In this document: piece by piece, positions 13,369-25,333 of the stretch
How positions within the stretch are numbered: the stretch's first letter is position 1
How the letters are laid out: every line of letters starts with the position of its first letter
NCBI RefSeq assembly: GCF_003790525.1
Contig: NZ_CP033635.1
Length of the DNA: 64,000 nt
Source: Escherichia coli
GTDB taxonomy: Bacteria; Pseudomonadota; Gammaproteobacteria; Enterobacterales; Enterobacteriaceae
Strand: one strand, 5' to 3'
The notes under the pieces: generated by a model
The model's input: only the letters and a program-made list of their open reading frames with translations
Databases searched by the model: none
Told to the model about the DNA's origin: nothing
Made by a program: the position numbers and the translations under genes

Positions 13369-14324
13369 TGAGTAAATCACACCCGCGCTGGCGCTTAGCA
13401 AAGAAACTCCTCACCTGGCTGTTTTTTATCGCGGTGATTGTGTTACTGGTGGTCTACGCCAAAAAAGTGGACTGGGAAGAGGTCTGGAAGGTCATCCGCG
13501 ACTACAATCGCGTTGCGCTGCTTAGTGCGGTCGGGCTGGTGGTCGTCAGTTATCTGATTTACGGTTGCTACGACCTGCTCGCCCGTTTCTACTGCGGTCA
13601 CAAACTGGCGAAGCGCCAGGTGATGCTGGTGTCGTTTATCTGCTACGCCTTCAACCTGACACTCAGTACCTGGGTCGGCGGCATTGGTATGCGCTATCGT
13701 TTGTACTCCCGGCTAGGGTTACCGGGCAGCACTATTACGCGGATTTTCTCGCTCAGTATTACCACCAACTGGCTGGGCTATATTTTGCTGGCAGGGATTA
13801 TCTTTACCGCAGGCGTGGTGGAGCTGCCGGACCACTGGTATGTCGATCAAACCACGCTGCGCATTCTCGGCATTGGCTTACTGATGATTATCGCGGTTTA
13901 TTTGTGGTTTTGCGCTTTCGCGAAGCACCGCCATATGACCATCAAAGGACAAAAACTGGTGCTGCCTTCATGGAAATTCGCCCTCGCCCAAATGCTGATT
14001 TCCAGTGTTAACTGGATGGTAATGGGGGCGATTATCTGGCTGTTACTTGGTCAAAGCGTGAACTATTTCTTTGTACTGGGCGTGTTACTGGTTAGTAGTA
14101 TTGCTGGCGTCATCGTGCATATTCCAGCGGGGATTGGTGTGCTGGAAGCGGTGTTTATCGCGCTACTGGCTGGGGAGCATACATCCAAGGGCACAATTAT
14201 CGCCGCCCTACTCGCTTACCGTGTGCTGTATTACTTTATCCCGCTGCTGCTGGCGCTGGTTTGCTATCTGGTACTGGAAAGCCAGGCGAAGAAGCTGCGG
14301 GCGAAAAATGAAGCGGCGATGTGA
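13368..14324 (+). CDS. ybhN: Inner membrane protein YbhN (318 aa)
   Basis: ORF track 318 aa, multi-TM; start overlaps clsB stop. Confidence 0.9.
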   Translation: MSKSHPRWRLAKKLLTWLFFIAVIVLLVVYAKKVDWEEVWKVIRDYNRVALLSAVGLVVVSYLIYGCYDLLARFYCGHKLAKRQVMLVSFICYAFNLTLSTWVGGIGMRYRLYSRLGLPGSTITRIFSLSITTNWLGYILLAGIIFTAGVVELPDHWYVDQTTLRILGIGLLMIIAVYLWFCAFAKHRHMTIKGQKLVLPSWKFALAQMLISSVNWMVMGAIIWLLLGQSVNYFFVLGVLLVSSIAGVIVHIPAGIGVLEAVFIALLAGEHTSKGTIIAALLAYRVLYYFIPLLLALVCYLVLESQAKKLRAKNEAAM

Positions 14325-14359
14325 AGTATAGTTAAGTTCTTTAGTATGTGCATTTACGG

Positions 14360-15073
14360 CTAATGAAAAAACCGCGTATGCCTTTGCCAGACAAGCGTTA
14401 TAGCTATAGCGGCAAGAATCCCAAAGAAGCCGATAAAATAGTAATAGAGTGTTAATGCACCTATAAAAGCACAACGAACCGGACTCCATAATTCTTCACT
14501 ATGGCATTTTCCTGCCAGTTCAAGGAGCTTATTTCGTCCATGCGAGATAATGCCTGACCATAAGACAATCATTAAGCAACTTATTACCCAAATGGGTCGT
14601 TCACTCATTAATGTGGCATTCACGATGATTACCAGGGCCAACCCTGTCAACGTCATCATAATGGTAAAACGGTGAGAGCCAGGATCAACATTGAATAATA
14701 AACCAGCCAGCATACTGATAAAAAACATCGCGCCCGCTGTGCTGAATACGACGATAATGGCAGATACAGGCGCTAAACTCGCAACGACAATCGCCACCAA
14801 AGAGATTAAAAACAAATATATTACGCCCGCGATGGCGGTATTTATCTTGTTGATATCTTTACTTAAGCCATACATAGAAAGTAATAATAATCCTATAGCA
14901 ATATACATTTCCGGTGAATCATATTTTGTTGCCGTAATTTCGAGATACTTAGCGCCCCAGGCCAGCCCTGCGGTTGCCACCAAACCCAAAGCGGTAATGA
15001 GCCATATGCCGTTTAATATCCTGGCTTCGTGCTGAAAATCTAATTTATTGCTATTTTGCGAGTATGATTCCAT
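14360..15073 (-). CDS. ybhM: BAX inhibitor-1 family inner membrane protein YbhM (237 aa)
   Basis: MESYSQNSNKLDFQHEARILNG... multi-TM; start taken at the internal ATG of the 246-aa track ORF. Confidence 0.88.
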   Translation of the reverse strand: MESYSQNSNKLDFQHEARILNGIWLITALGLVATAGLAWGAKYLEITATKYDSPEMYIAIGLLLLSMYGLSKDINKINTAIAGVIYLFLISLVAIVVASLAPVSAIIVVFSTAGAMFFISMLAGLLFNVDPGSHRFTIMMTLTGLALVIIVNATLMSERPIWVISCLMIVLWSGIISHGRNKLLELAGKCHSEELWSPVRCAFIGALTLYYYFIGFFGILAAIAITLVWQRHTRFFH

Positions 15074-15279
15074 TCTTTTAGTTGTCCTCAGAAAAAACAT
15101 TAATATTCACCATCAATAAATTTAAAACCACGCATACAAAATACTTTTGCATTTATGGATACAGAAAACACTTCCGCTCGGCCATAAGGCATATTTTATA
15201 CCTGGTACTTGTTAAGTGTCGTTTTTAGTAAGAAAAAAAATCCCGACACATGGCCGGGATATTGATGGTGAAAAAAGAA

Positions 15280-15984
15280 TTAACGGCGGTTGCCGAAGAT
15301 CCGCAGCAACATCAGGAACAGGTTGATGAAGTCCAGATACAAGGTCAACGCGCCAAGAATGGAATATTTGCGCAGGTTCGACGTGTCGCGGGTATCAATC
15401 TGCTCACCCATATTTTTCAGTTTCTGGGTGTCATACGCCGTCAATCCGACAAAGACAATCACGCCGATGTATGTGACTGCCCACATCAACGCTTCGCTTT
15501 TCAGCCAGAAGTTGACCAGCGATGCCAGCACAATGCCGATCAACGCCATAAACAGCATATTGCCGAAACCACTTAGATCGCGCTTCGTGGTGTAACCGTA
15601 CAGGCTCATTGCGCCGAACATCCCGGCAGTAACGACGAAAGTACTGGCGATAGAAGCAGCGGTATAGACAATGAAAATACTGGAAAGCGTCAGGCCAGTC
15701 AGCGCGGAATAAAGCATAAAGAGCATCGTCGTTACACCTGCGCTCAGCTTTTGAATCATCGCTGATAACACAATAACCAGAGCTAATTGTGCTATTACCA
15801 GACCAATTAAAAAGATGCGGTTGGTGAATAATAGCTCCATAACGGCCGCGGAATTAGCCGCATACCAGGCAACAAACGCAGTAAGCAGCAAGCCTACTGT
15901 CATCCAGCCATAGACCTGTGCCATATAGGTTTGCAGGCCAGTTCGGGTTTGTACGATTGAATCAGAACGTGGGAATCTGTCCAT
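15280..15984 (-). CDS. ybhL: BAX inhibitor-1 family inner membrane protein YbhL (234 aa)
   Basis: MDRFPRSDSIVQTRTGLQTYMAQVYGWMTVGLL...; start at the internal ATG of the 261-aa track ORF. Confidence 0.9.
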   Translation of the reverse strand: MDRFPRSDSIVQTRTGLQTYMAQVYGWMTVGLLLTAFVAWYAANSAAVMELLFTNRIFLIGLVIAQLALVIVLSAMIQKLSAGVTTMLFMLYSALTGLTLSSIFIVYTAASIASTFVVTAGMFGAMSLYGYTTKRDLSGFGNMLFMALIGIVLASLVNFWLKSEALMWAVTYIGVIVFVGLTAYDTQKLKNMGEQIDTRDTSNLRKYSILGALTLYLDFINLFLMLLRIFGNRR

Positions 15985-16120
15985 GACGATCTCCTGAAGA
16001 TATAAGGAATATCTTAAGGATACTGCAAAATGATGAGGCTGTGCATCGACGCAGCGTAAACGCATATACTGAGCGGTGAAATTGCCGGACGCAGCGGTGC
16101 CTTATCCGGCTAACAAAAAA

Positions 16121-16573
16121 CTACCAGCGTTTTGCCGCCTGCTGATCGCTCTCCCGAGCTTCGACCCAGCGGTCGCCTTCCGGCGTGGCTTCGCGCTTCC
16201 AGAACGGTGCGCGGGTTTTGAGATAATCCATAATAAACTGCCCGGCTTCAAACGCACTGCTGCGATGCGCACTGGTGACACCGACAAAAACGATTTCATC
16301 GCCCGGCCATAATTCCCCGATGCGGTGAATCACCGTGACGCGCCCCAGCGGCCAGCGGTTACGCGCTTCATCGACAATTTCTGCCAGTGCTTTTTCAGTC
16401 ATCCCCGGATAGTGTTCGAGGGTTAATGCTTTGACGCTGTCGCCAAGGTTATGGTTGCGCACCTTACCGGTAAAGGTGACTACCGCACCGTCTTCATCAC
16501 GCTCCGCCAGCCACGGATACTCTTCTCCTACGCTGAACGGCTGCGGGCCGATAACAATTTTGGTTTCTGCCAT
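16121..16573 (-). CDS. moaE: Molybdopterin synthase catalytic subunit MoaE (150 aa)
   Basis: ORF track 150 aa, MAETKIVIGPQPFSVGEEYPWL... Confidence 0.96.
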   Translation of the reverse strand: MAETKIVIGPQPFSVGEEYPWLAERDEDGAVVTFTGKVRNHNLGDSVKALTLEHYPGMTEKALAEIVDEARNRWPLGRVTVIHRIGELWPGDEIVFVGVTSAHRSSAFEAGQFIMDYLKTRAPFWKREATPEGDRWVEARESDQQAAKRW

Positions 16574-16574
16574 C

Positions 16575-16820
16575 TTAACCTCCGGTTACCGGCGGGAAGA
16601 AAGCCACTTCGTCGCCGTCAGTCAGCGGATGGTCAAAACTCACCAGCGTCTGGTTGACAGCAGCCAGCAATTTGCCATCTTCCAGCGCCAGCGCCCAGCG
16701 ATCGCTCTGCGCAGCCAGATGTTGGCGTAACGCTTCAACGGTTGGGAAATCCGCAGCTACTTCGGTTGCATCTGTTCCCACCAACTCGCGCACCTGGGCG
16801 AAAAAAAGAACTTTAATCAT
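16575..16820 (-). CDS. moaD: Molybdopterin synthase sulfur-carrier subunit MoaD (81 aa, C-terminal GG)
   Basis: [18 protein letters not shown]...PPVTGG; start at the internal ATG of the track ORF; overlaps moaC stop. Confidence 0.95.
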
Positions 16821-17298
16821 CCGCTTCCACCTTAAAGTCACCCGACTTGCCGCCGCTCTTCGCCAGCAAACGTACCGGACCAATCACCATATCTTTTTGC
16901 ACCGCTTTGCACATGTCATAAATGGTCAGCGCCGCCACGGAGGCCGCGGTTAATGCTTCCATTTCGACACCGGTTTTCCCGGTCAGGCGGCATAAGGTTT
17001 CTATACGTACCCGATTGTGCTCCGGCTCAGCCTGTAAATTGACTTCAACTTTGCTGAGCATCAGCGGGTGACACAGCGGGATCAGATCCCAGGTGCGTTT
17101 TGCCGCCTGAATACCGGCAATACGCGCAGTGGCAAATACGTCGCCTTTGTGGTGGCGACCATCAATAATCATCGCCAGCGTCTCGCTGCGCATGGTGACA
17201 AAGGCTTCGGCGCGCGCTTCACGCACGGTTTCCGCTTTGGCGGAGACATCCACCATGTGCGCTTCGCCAGCGGCGTTGATATGGGTCAGTTGCGACAT
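16813..17298 (-). CDS. moaC: Cyclic pyranopterin monophosphate synthase MoaC (161 aa)
   Basis: ORF track 161 aa, [21 protein letters not shown]... Confidence 0.96.
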
Positions 17299-17300
17299 AC

Positions 17301-17813
17301 TTATTTCTTCAAATGTGGATGGAAATTACACGGACGCGTACGGGCATCCAGCTGCGGCGCAATGATATTTTCCCATGCGGTACGGCACGCTTTGGTCGAA
17401 CCCGGCATGGCGAAAATCAGCGTTTTGTTAGCGACGCCCGCTACCGCACGAGATTGCAACGTGGAAGTGCCAATCTCTTCGAACGACAACATCCGGAACA
17501 CTTCACCAAAACCTTCAACTTCACGGTCGAACAACGGCAGCAGCGCTTCGGGAGCCTGATCTCCTTCCGTCAGGCCAGTACCACCCGTAATCAACACCAC
17601 TTGTACATCGTCGCTGGCGATCCACGCAGATACCTGAGCGCGAATAGCGTAGCGGTTTTCTTTCACAATGGCTTTATCGACAACGTGATGGCCCGCTTCT
17701 TGCGCCGAGTCGCGCAGATAGTGACCGGAGGTATCGTCTTCTTCACCGCGACGATTAGAAACCGTAAGAATAGCAATACGGGTCGGGATAAATTCAGTGC
17801 TTACCTGACTCAT
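17301..17813 (-). CDS. moaB: Molybdenum cofactor biosynthesis protein MoaB (170 aa)
   Basis: ORF track 170 aa, [27 protein letters not shown]... Confidence 0.95.
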
Positions 17814-17834
17814 CTGATCTCTCCTTTTGACGTT

Positions 17835-18824
17835 TTAGCCACCAATGTACGATAAGTTTTGCGTAATACCGGTGTTGTTTTGATGCAGGAAATGGGTCTG
17901 TTTTTTCTCCCGCAGCGCCGCTGAAATACGCGCTTCCAGCGCCTGTTGCTGGGTATCGTCTTCCAGCAGATCGCGCAGGTTAACGCCGCCTTCACCAAAC
18001 AGGCAGAGATGGAGTTTACCAATGGAGGAAACGCGCAGGCGGTTGCAAGTGGCGCAGAAGTCTTTTTCATACGGCATGATAAGGCCAATCTCTCCGGCGT
18101 AATCCGGATGACAAAAGACTTGCGCGGGACCGTCGCTGCGTTGACGTAATTGGTGGATCCAGCCGCGACGCAGTAGCTCGTCACGCAGAACCTGACCAGA
18201 GATGTGATGCTTACGGAAGAGCTCGCTGCCCTCGCCCGTTTCCATCAATTCGATGAAACGCAGCTGGATAGGGCGATGCTGGATCCAGTTCAGAAAGGTG
18301 TCGAGCTGATGATGATTAACATCACGCATCAGCACGGTATTGACTTTGACCTTCTCAAAACCGGCCTCAAATGCAGCATCGATTCCTGCCATGACCTGGT
18401 TGAATTTATCCTGCCCGGTAATGGCATGAAACTGGCGGGCGTCCAGACTATCAACGCTGACGTTGATGCCAGTAAGTCCAGCATCGCGCCAGTTCGCCAC
18501 ATCGCGTTCCAGACGGTAACCATTGGTGGTGACAGCAATCTGGCGGATAGCGTCGTTTTCTCGCACAGCGGCGATGATATCGGTAAAGTCGCGGCGTAAA
18601 GACGGCTCACCGCCCGTCAGACGGACTTTTTCGGTGCCCAGACTGGCGAAGGCGCGCGTAACCCGGCGAATTTCATCGACGGTAAGAAAGCCTTTATTGG
18701 TGACGCCGCTCGGTTTGTAGCCATCCGGCAGGCAGTAGGTGCAACGAAAGTTACACACATCGGTAATCGACAGGCGCAAGTAGTAAAACTTACGCGCAAA
18801 TGCATCAGTCAGTTGTGAAGCCAT
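17835..18824 (-). CDS. moaA: GTP 3',8-cyclase MoaA (radical SAM, 329 aa)
   Basis: [31 protein letters not shown]... (CxxxCxxC motif); track ORF extends 27 codons upstream from a TTG into the leader; coordinate uncertain by +/-1. Confidence 0.94.
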
Positions 18825-18825
18825 G

Positions 18826-18965
18826 TACACCTTTCCAGATACGGGAGGCGAAGTCATTTCTTCCTTCGCCCTGGTGGCAATCTTTACGAGCATTGTCACG
18901 GCCAAAGCACCGTATCAGTTGACCCAGGTGCAGAGGCTAGAGTGTTTAGTGGTTAAGCCGATACT
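18826..18965 (-). ncRNA. Molybdenum-cofactor (Moco) riboswitch in the moaA 5' leader
   Basis: Structured GC-rich leader immediately upstream of the moaA ATG; position matches the known E. coli moaA Moco RNA element; boundaries approximate. Confidence 0.55.
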
Positions 18966-18999
18966 AGCGTGTAAATGAGATTTTTACCATCCACACTTT

Positions 19000-19023
19000 C
19001 GCTATGTAATCATGTATATAGCG
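19000..19023. promoter_or_regulatory. ModE-type palindromic operator (CGCTATGTA-N6-TATATAGCG) upstream of moaA
   Basis: cgctatgtaatcatgtatatagcg; TAYAT half-sites in inverted arrangement as in ModE sites. Confidence 0.5.
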
Positions 19024-19160
19024 TCATGATCGTGCTATTTCGCTACAGAATAAGGGAAAATGGCGGTTTTACTTTGATATACATCATCAGGAAGGCATAG
19101 CGTACATCGTCCTTTAGAGGTAGAAGAAAATAGTTTGTATCCTCAATATTGGCAGGTTAA

Positions 19161-20129
<969 letters not shown>

Positions 20130-20130
20130 C

Positions 20131-20159
20131 ACGAAGCCGGAAGAATATTCCGGCTTCGT
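20131..20159. terminator. Perfect 11-bp-stem hairpin between convergent ybhK and uvrB (candidate bidirectional terminator)
   Basis: acgaagccgga-agaatat-tccggcttcgt. Confidence 0.4.
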
Positions 20160-20166
20160 CATCTTG

Positions 20167-22188
20167 TCACGACGCGGCAATAAACAGCTCACGCAGCTGA
20201 TGCAACTGGTCACGAATTTGCGCCGCTTCTTCGAACTCCAGATTCTGCGCGTGTTGCATCATCAACCCTTCCAGTTCATGGATCTTCTGCTGCAACGCTT
20301 TAGGCGACATATCCATCGGCACATTATCTGGCTCAACAATCGGGCGCGATTTTCCTCTGCCCTTCGCTTTGGTTTTGGCAATGTTCTGCCCCAGCGCCAG
20401 GATATCGACCACTTTCTTGTTCAAGCCTTGCGGCGTAATGCCGTGTTCCTCGTTGTACTTCTGCTGTTTCTCGCGGCGACGTTCGGTTTCGCCAATCGCT
20501 TTCGCCATTGATGGGGTGATCTTATCGCCGTAGAGAATCGCTTTACCGTTAACGTTACGTGCCGCACGACCAATGGTCTGGATCAACGAACGTTCGGAAC
20601 GCAGGAAGCCTTCTTTGTCAGCGTCGAGGATCGCCACCAGCGACACTTCCGGCATATCCAGACCTTCGCGCAGTAAGTTGATCCCTACCAATACGTCGAA
20701 CTCACCCAGACGCAAGTCGCGGATAATCTCCATACGTTCGACGGTGTCGATATCTGAGTGAAGATAACGCACGCGCTCACCGTGTTCTTCGAGATATTCA
20801 GTGAGATCTTCCGCCATCCGCTTGGTCAGAGTTGTAACCAGTACGCGTTCGTTAATTGCCGCTCGCTGACGAATCTCCGATAGAAGATCATCGACCTGTG
20901 TCGCTACCGGACGCACTTCAATAATCGGGTCAAGTAAGCCTGTTGGACGCACCACCTGATCCACCACATCGCCGCCGGATTTTTCCAGCTCGTAATTACC
21001 CGGCGTCGCCGAAACATAGATGGTTTGCGGCGCTAATGCTTCGAACTCTTCAAATTTCAGCGGACGGTTATCCAGCGCTGATGGCAGGCGGAAGCCGTAC
21101 TCCACCAGCGTCTCTTTACGCGCCCGGTCACCGCGATACATGCCGCCAATTTGCGGAATGGTAACGTGAGATTCATCGACGACCAGCAGCCCATCGGCAG
21201 GCAGGTAATCAAACAGCGTCGGCGGTGGCTCACCCGGTCCACGACCGGAGAGGAAGCGCGAGTAGTTTTCAATCCCCGAACAGTAGCCCAGCTCGTTCAT
21301 CATCTCCAGATCAAACTGGGTACGCTGGGTCAGCCGCTGCTCTTCCAGCAGTTTGTTGTTTTCCAACAGCACCTTGCGTCTGGCAGCCAGTTCTTCTTTA
21401 ATTTCTTCCATCGCCTGCACAATGCGCTCGCGCGGTGTGACGTAGTGCGTTTTCGGGTAGATGGTAAAACGTGGAATAGTGGAAACAATCTGCCCGGTGA
21501 GCGGATCAAATAACGACAATCGTTCCACTTCCTCGTCAAACAGTTCCACGCGAAGTGCAATGTCATCCGATTCTGCCGGGAAGATGTCAATCACCTCCCC
21601 ACGAACGCGGAAAGTACCGCGCTGGAAGGCTTGATCATTACGAGCGTATTGCAGCTCCGCCAGTCGACGCAGGATCGCGCGCTGATCGATAATCATACCG
21701 ACCGTAAGATGGAGCATCATCTTGAGATATAAATCAGGATCGCCCAGACCATAAATCGCGGAAACCGATGCCACCACAACCACATCACGCCGCTCCAGCA
21801 TCGCTTTGGTGGCGGACAAACGCATCTGCTCGATATGTTCGTTTACCGAGGCATCTTTCTCAATGAAGGTGTCGGAACTCGGTACATAGGCTTCCGGCTG
21901 ATAATAGTCGTAGTAGGAGACGAAATACTCCACCGCGTTTTCCGGGAAGAATTCTTTCATTTCGCCATACAACTGGGCCGCCAGCGTTTTGTTGGGCGCA
22001 AGTACCATGGTAGGGCGCTGAAGGTCAGCAATGACATTGGCAATGGTGAAGGTTTTCCCGGAGCCAGTCACGCCAAGTAACGTCTGGTGCGCCAGGCCAT
22101 CTTCCAGCCCCTCTTCGAGACGTCGAATCGCCTCTGGCTGATCGCCAGAAGGTTTAAAAGCGGAATTCAGTTTGAACGGTTTACTCAT
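20167..22188 (-). CDS. uvrB: Excinuclease ABC subunit B UvrB (673 aa)
   Basis: ORF track 673 aa, [28 protein letters not shown]..., Walker A GVTGSGKT. Confidence 0.97.
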
Positions 22189-22264
22189 GAGTCGCTACCT
22201 GAAGGAGTTGGGCGGGCAGGTATGTAATTTTACTCGTCGTACTTAATTATGCCAACAAATTATA

Positions 22265-22280
22265 CTGGATAAAAAAACAG
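22265..22280 (-). promoter_or_regulatory. LexA box of the uvrB promoter (CTGTTTTTTTATCCAG)
   Basis: ctggataaaaaaacag on the top strand, about 80 nt upstream of uvrB ATG, next to TATAAT-like sequence. Confidence 0.65.
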
Positions 22281-22584
22281 TTTCTCACCATAATATTTCT
22301 GTTACAGCGTAAACTCCGCTGTCAATCATGAGCAAAATTTACTCTGTGGCGAGATAAAACTCCGGCCTTACCGGGTTATCCCCAAAGCAACGGCTTTTTT
22401 AACATTTGTCAAGATGATTGATGACAGTTTTATGGCAAGAGATGCCTGTTCAGTGACTGCCATTGCAATTATCTAACCTGTTAAAAAATAAAAAATATTT
22501 CTTTGAGCCGTCTTTAACGCCAATTCGCGTGCAAGCCGCGTATTCTCTCGCTTGCCTCGTGTTTTCTAACTCTAATACACATGG

Positions 22585-22608
22585 TTATCCACAGGAATAG
22601 TGGATAAC
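22585..22608. promoter_or_regulatory. Pair of inverted DnaA-box-like 9-mers (TTATCCACA / GTGGATAAC) in the distal uvrB promoter region
   Basis: ttatccaca ggaata gtggataac. Confidence 0.45.
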
Positions 22609-22766
22609 TGTCTGCAGCCCCTATCCCCCGCCGCCTGGGCAATTCCCACATTCACCGCATGATGCGGAGGTAAAATTTTTTTCGTGATTTTTTTAGAATT
22701 TAATTGGTTAAATTGCAGTCAATCGAAGACGCGATCTCGCTCGCAATTTAACCAAGTACAGGATGA

Positions 22767-23444
22767 CTACATTAAGGCAAGATTGATGTACTTTCCGGTT
22801 GCCGCATTTTCTGGATTTTCTGCAAGCCAGGGAATTTCGCCCAGCAGCGGAGCGGGAATCATGCGGGTGAGCGTGGTCATATATTCAGCGTGACGTTTTC
22901 CCGGAGGCGTGACATCATTCGCCACCCAACCCGCCAGAGTCAGTCCGGCGTGTTGTATTGCCTGTGCCGTCAACATCGCGTGATTAATACAGCCGAGTTT
23001 CACACCAACTACCAGTATCACCGGCAGTTGTTCCTGTGTTACCCAATCCGCAAAAGTGAAAGTGTCAGAAAGCGGCGTAAACCAGCCGCCAGCACCTTCC
23101 ACTAACACCCAGTCAGCCTGTTGTTCAAGCGCGCGTAATCCGGCGCTCATTACCAATGATTCTATCGGCCTGCCCTCTTGTGCGCTGATGATGTGCGGCG
23201 AAGTGGGTTCTGCGAAGGTGTAAGGATTTACCGTTGCGTAATCCAGCTGCAGGCTGCTGTTGCGCTGTAACGCCAGCGCGTCGCTATTACGTAAGCCTTC
23301 CGGGATCTTTTCGCTGCCAGAGGCGACCGGTTTATAACCTGCCGTCCGGTAGCCTACTGCCTTTGCGGCTTGTAAAAGTGCACAACTGGCGACGGTTTTC
23401 CCCACTTCGGTATCCGTTCCGGTGACAAAATAACGTTTACTCAC
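22767..23444 (-). CDS. bioD: Dethiobiotin synthetase BioD (225 aa, GTG start)
   Basis: (M)[27 protein letters not shown]...; GTG start overlapping bioC end. Confidence 0.94.
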   Translation of the reverse strand: MSKRYFVTGTDTEVGKTVASCALLQAAKAVGYRTAGYKPVASGSEKIPEGLRNSDALALQRNSSLQLDYATVNPYTFAEPTSPHIISAQEGRPIESLVMSAGLRALEQQADWVLVEGAGGWFTPLSDTFTFADWVTQEQLPVILVVGVKLGCINHAMLTAQAIQHAGLTLAGWVANDVTPPGKRHAEYMTTLTRMIPAPLLGEIPWLAENPENAATGKYINLALM

Positions 23445-24192
23445 GAGCAATCACTCCCAAAAAAAGATGATACGTCAGAGGATATCGCCCCTGTTTTTGT
23501 GGCCAGGCCAGTTGCAATCGCTGCAACTGCGAACGCGTTAATATCCGCGGGTCGCGCCCTTCATGAAGATGCGTGGCACCGATGCCTTTCAGCGAACGCA
23601 TGGCACTGAGCGCATCATCAAACCACAGCGTGATGGGCTGAATATGATGTTGATAATGCAGGCCGTTCAGCGACTGTTCGATTTCATCTGGCGGTAAAAA
23701 GCGATTAGCATGCGGGCGCTCGTCCACCGCCTGCCACGCCTGATGTAATTCAGGGAGCGATCCCTGCACCAGCGTGGTAAACGCGACCACGCCTCCGGGG
23801 CGCACCACCCTGTATAGCTCGCGGAGTGCCGTGGATAAATTACCGCACCACTGTACCGCGAGATTGCTCCATGCAAGATCGAAGGTTGCAGTCGCTAACG
23901 GCAGGGATTCGATATCTCCCGCCAGATAATGGTCTGCGGCATCCTTCTGGCGTGCCTGAACAAGCATTGGCGGAGAGAGATCTAACGCCGTCACCTGCGC
24001 GTGACGTTCCCGCCAGTGGCGGCTCATCCAGCCAGGTCCACAACCCGCATCCAGTACGTGGGTGTATTTACGCTGTGGGAGCATTGCCAGTAAGACGTCA
24101 GCACTCTGGCGCTGTAGATCCGCATGTTGCTCATAGTGCGCGGCTGCCCGACCAAATGCCGCTGCAATGGCTTGTTTATTAACCGTTGTCAT
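23437..24192 (-). CDS. bioC: Malonyl-ACP O-methyltransferase BioC (251 aa)
   Basis: [29 protein letters not shown]..., SAM-binding LDAGCGPG; start at the internal ATG of the track ORF. Confidence 0.94.
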
Positions 24193-25333
24193 GCAGCACC
24201 TCCAGCAGACGGTCGATATCCTGCATTTCATGCGCGGCGGTTAGTGTTAAGCGCAGTCGCGCAGTACCAGCAGGTACGGTTGGCGGGCGAATCGCCGTGA
24301 CCCAGCAACCTTGCTGGCGCAGTTTTTCTGCCAGTTGTAACGCACGGCTGTTATCACCGACGATCAATGGCTGGATGGCGCTCCATGAATCAGCAAGCGT
24401 AAACGGCAAATCCTGCACTCCGGCACGAAAACGCGTAATGAGTGCCGCCAGTTTTTCGCGCCGTGCATCACCCTCATCACTGCGAATGACCGCCAGCGAC
24501 GCACGTAATGCCTGCGCCTGAGCGGGCGGCATACTGGTGCTGTAGATAAGATGGCGGGCGAATTGCAGCAGATAATCCGCCACCGTATTGGAGCAAAGCA
24601 CCGCTGCCCCGCTGACGCCAAATCCTTTGCCAAAAGTCACCACCAGCAATTCTGGTTTTACCTTTTGCAGCCAGCAGCTGCCACGCCCCTGCTCCCCGAT
24701 AACGCCCGTGCCGTGGGCGTCATCGACCATCAACCAGCCATCGTGCTGTTGCGTTACCTGCTGGATTTCCTCCAGTGGCGCACTATCGCCGTCCATGCTG
24801 AACACGCCTTCTGTCACTACCAGTTGCTGCCCCGGACAGGGGGAAGCAAGCAGTCGCGCCAGATGAGTGACATCGTTATGAGCAAAACGGCGAAGCGGCG
24901 ACGGGCTTAAACTTGCAGCCTCCAGCAATGAGGCATGGCTAAGCCGGTCGGCAACAATACGGTCCTCTTTCGCCATCATCGCGGTAATAACTGCCTGGTT
25001 AGCGGCAAAACCAGAGATAAACAGCAGTGCCCGCGAATAGCCCAGCCACTCGGCCAGTTCTTCTTCCAGCGCCTGATGCGCCACGCTATAACCGCTGACG
25101 TGACCGGAGCCGCCGCTACCGACGCCAAATTGCTCCGCACTCAGCTTCCAGGCACGGATAATTTGCGGATGATGGCTTAAACCTAAATAATCGTTACTGG
25201 AAAAGTTCAGATAATGGCGATCGTCCGCCACCAGCCAGCGTCCGGCTCCTTGCGCCACTGGATAACGGCGACGCAGGGCATCGGCAGCACGCCGCGCATC
25301 GAGCGCCGCGTTGATTTTCTCCTGCCAGCTCAT
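24179..25333 (-). CDS. bioF: 8-amino-7-oxononanoate synthase BioF (384 aa)
   Basis: ORF track 384 aa, [23 protein letters not shown]... Confidence 0.95.

Noticed and set aside
17835-18905. 356-aa moaA ORF with N-terminal extension [16 protein letters not shown]...
   Set aside because: The extension starts at a TTG and covers the structured riboswitch leader; the conserved protein begins at the internal ATG (MASQLTDAF).
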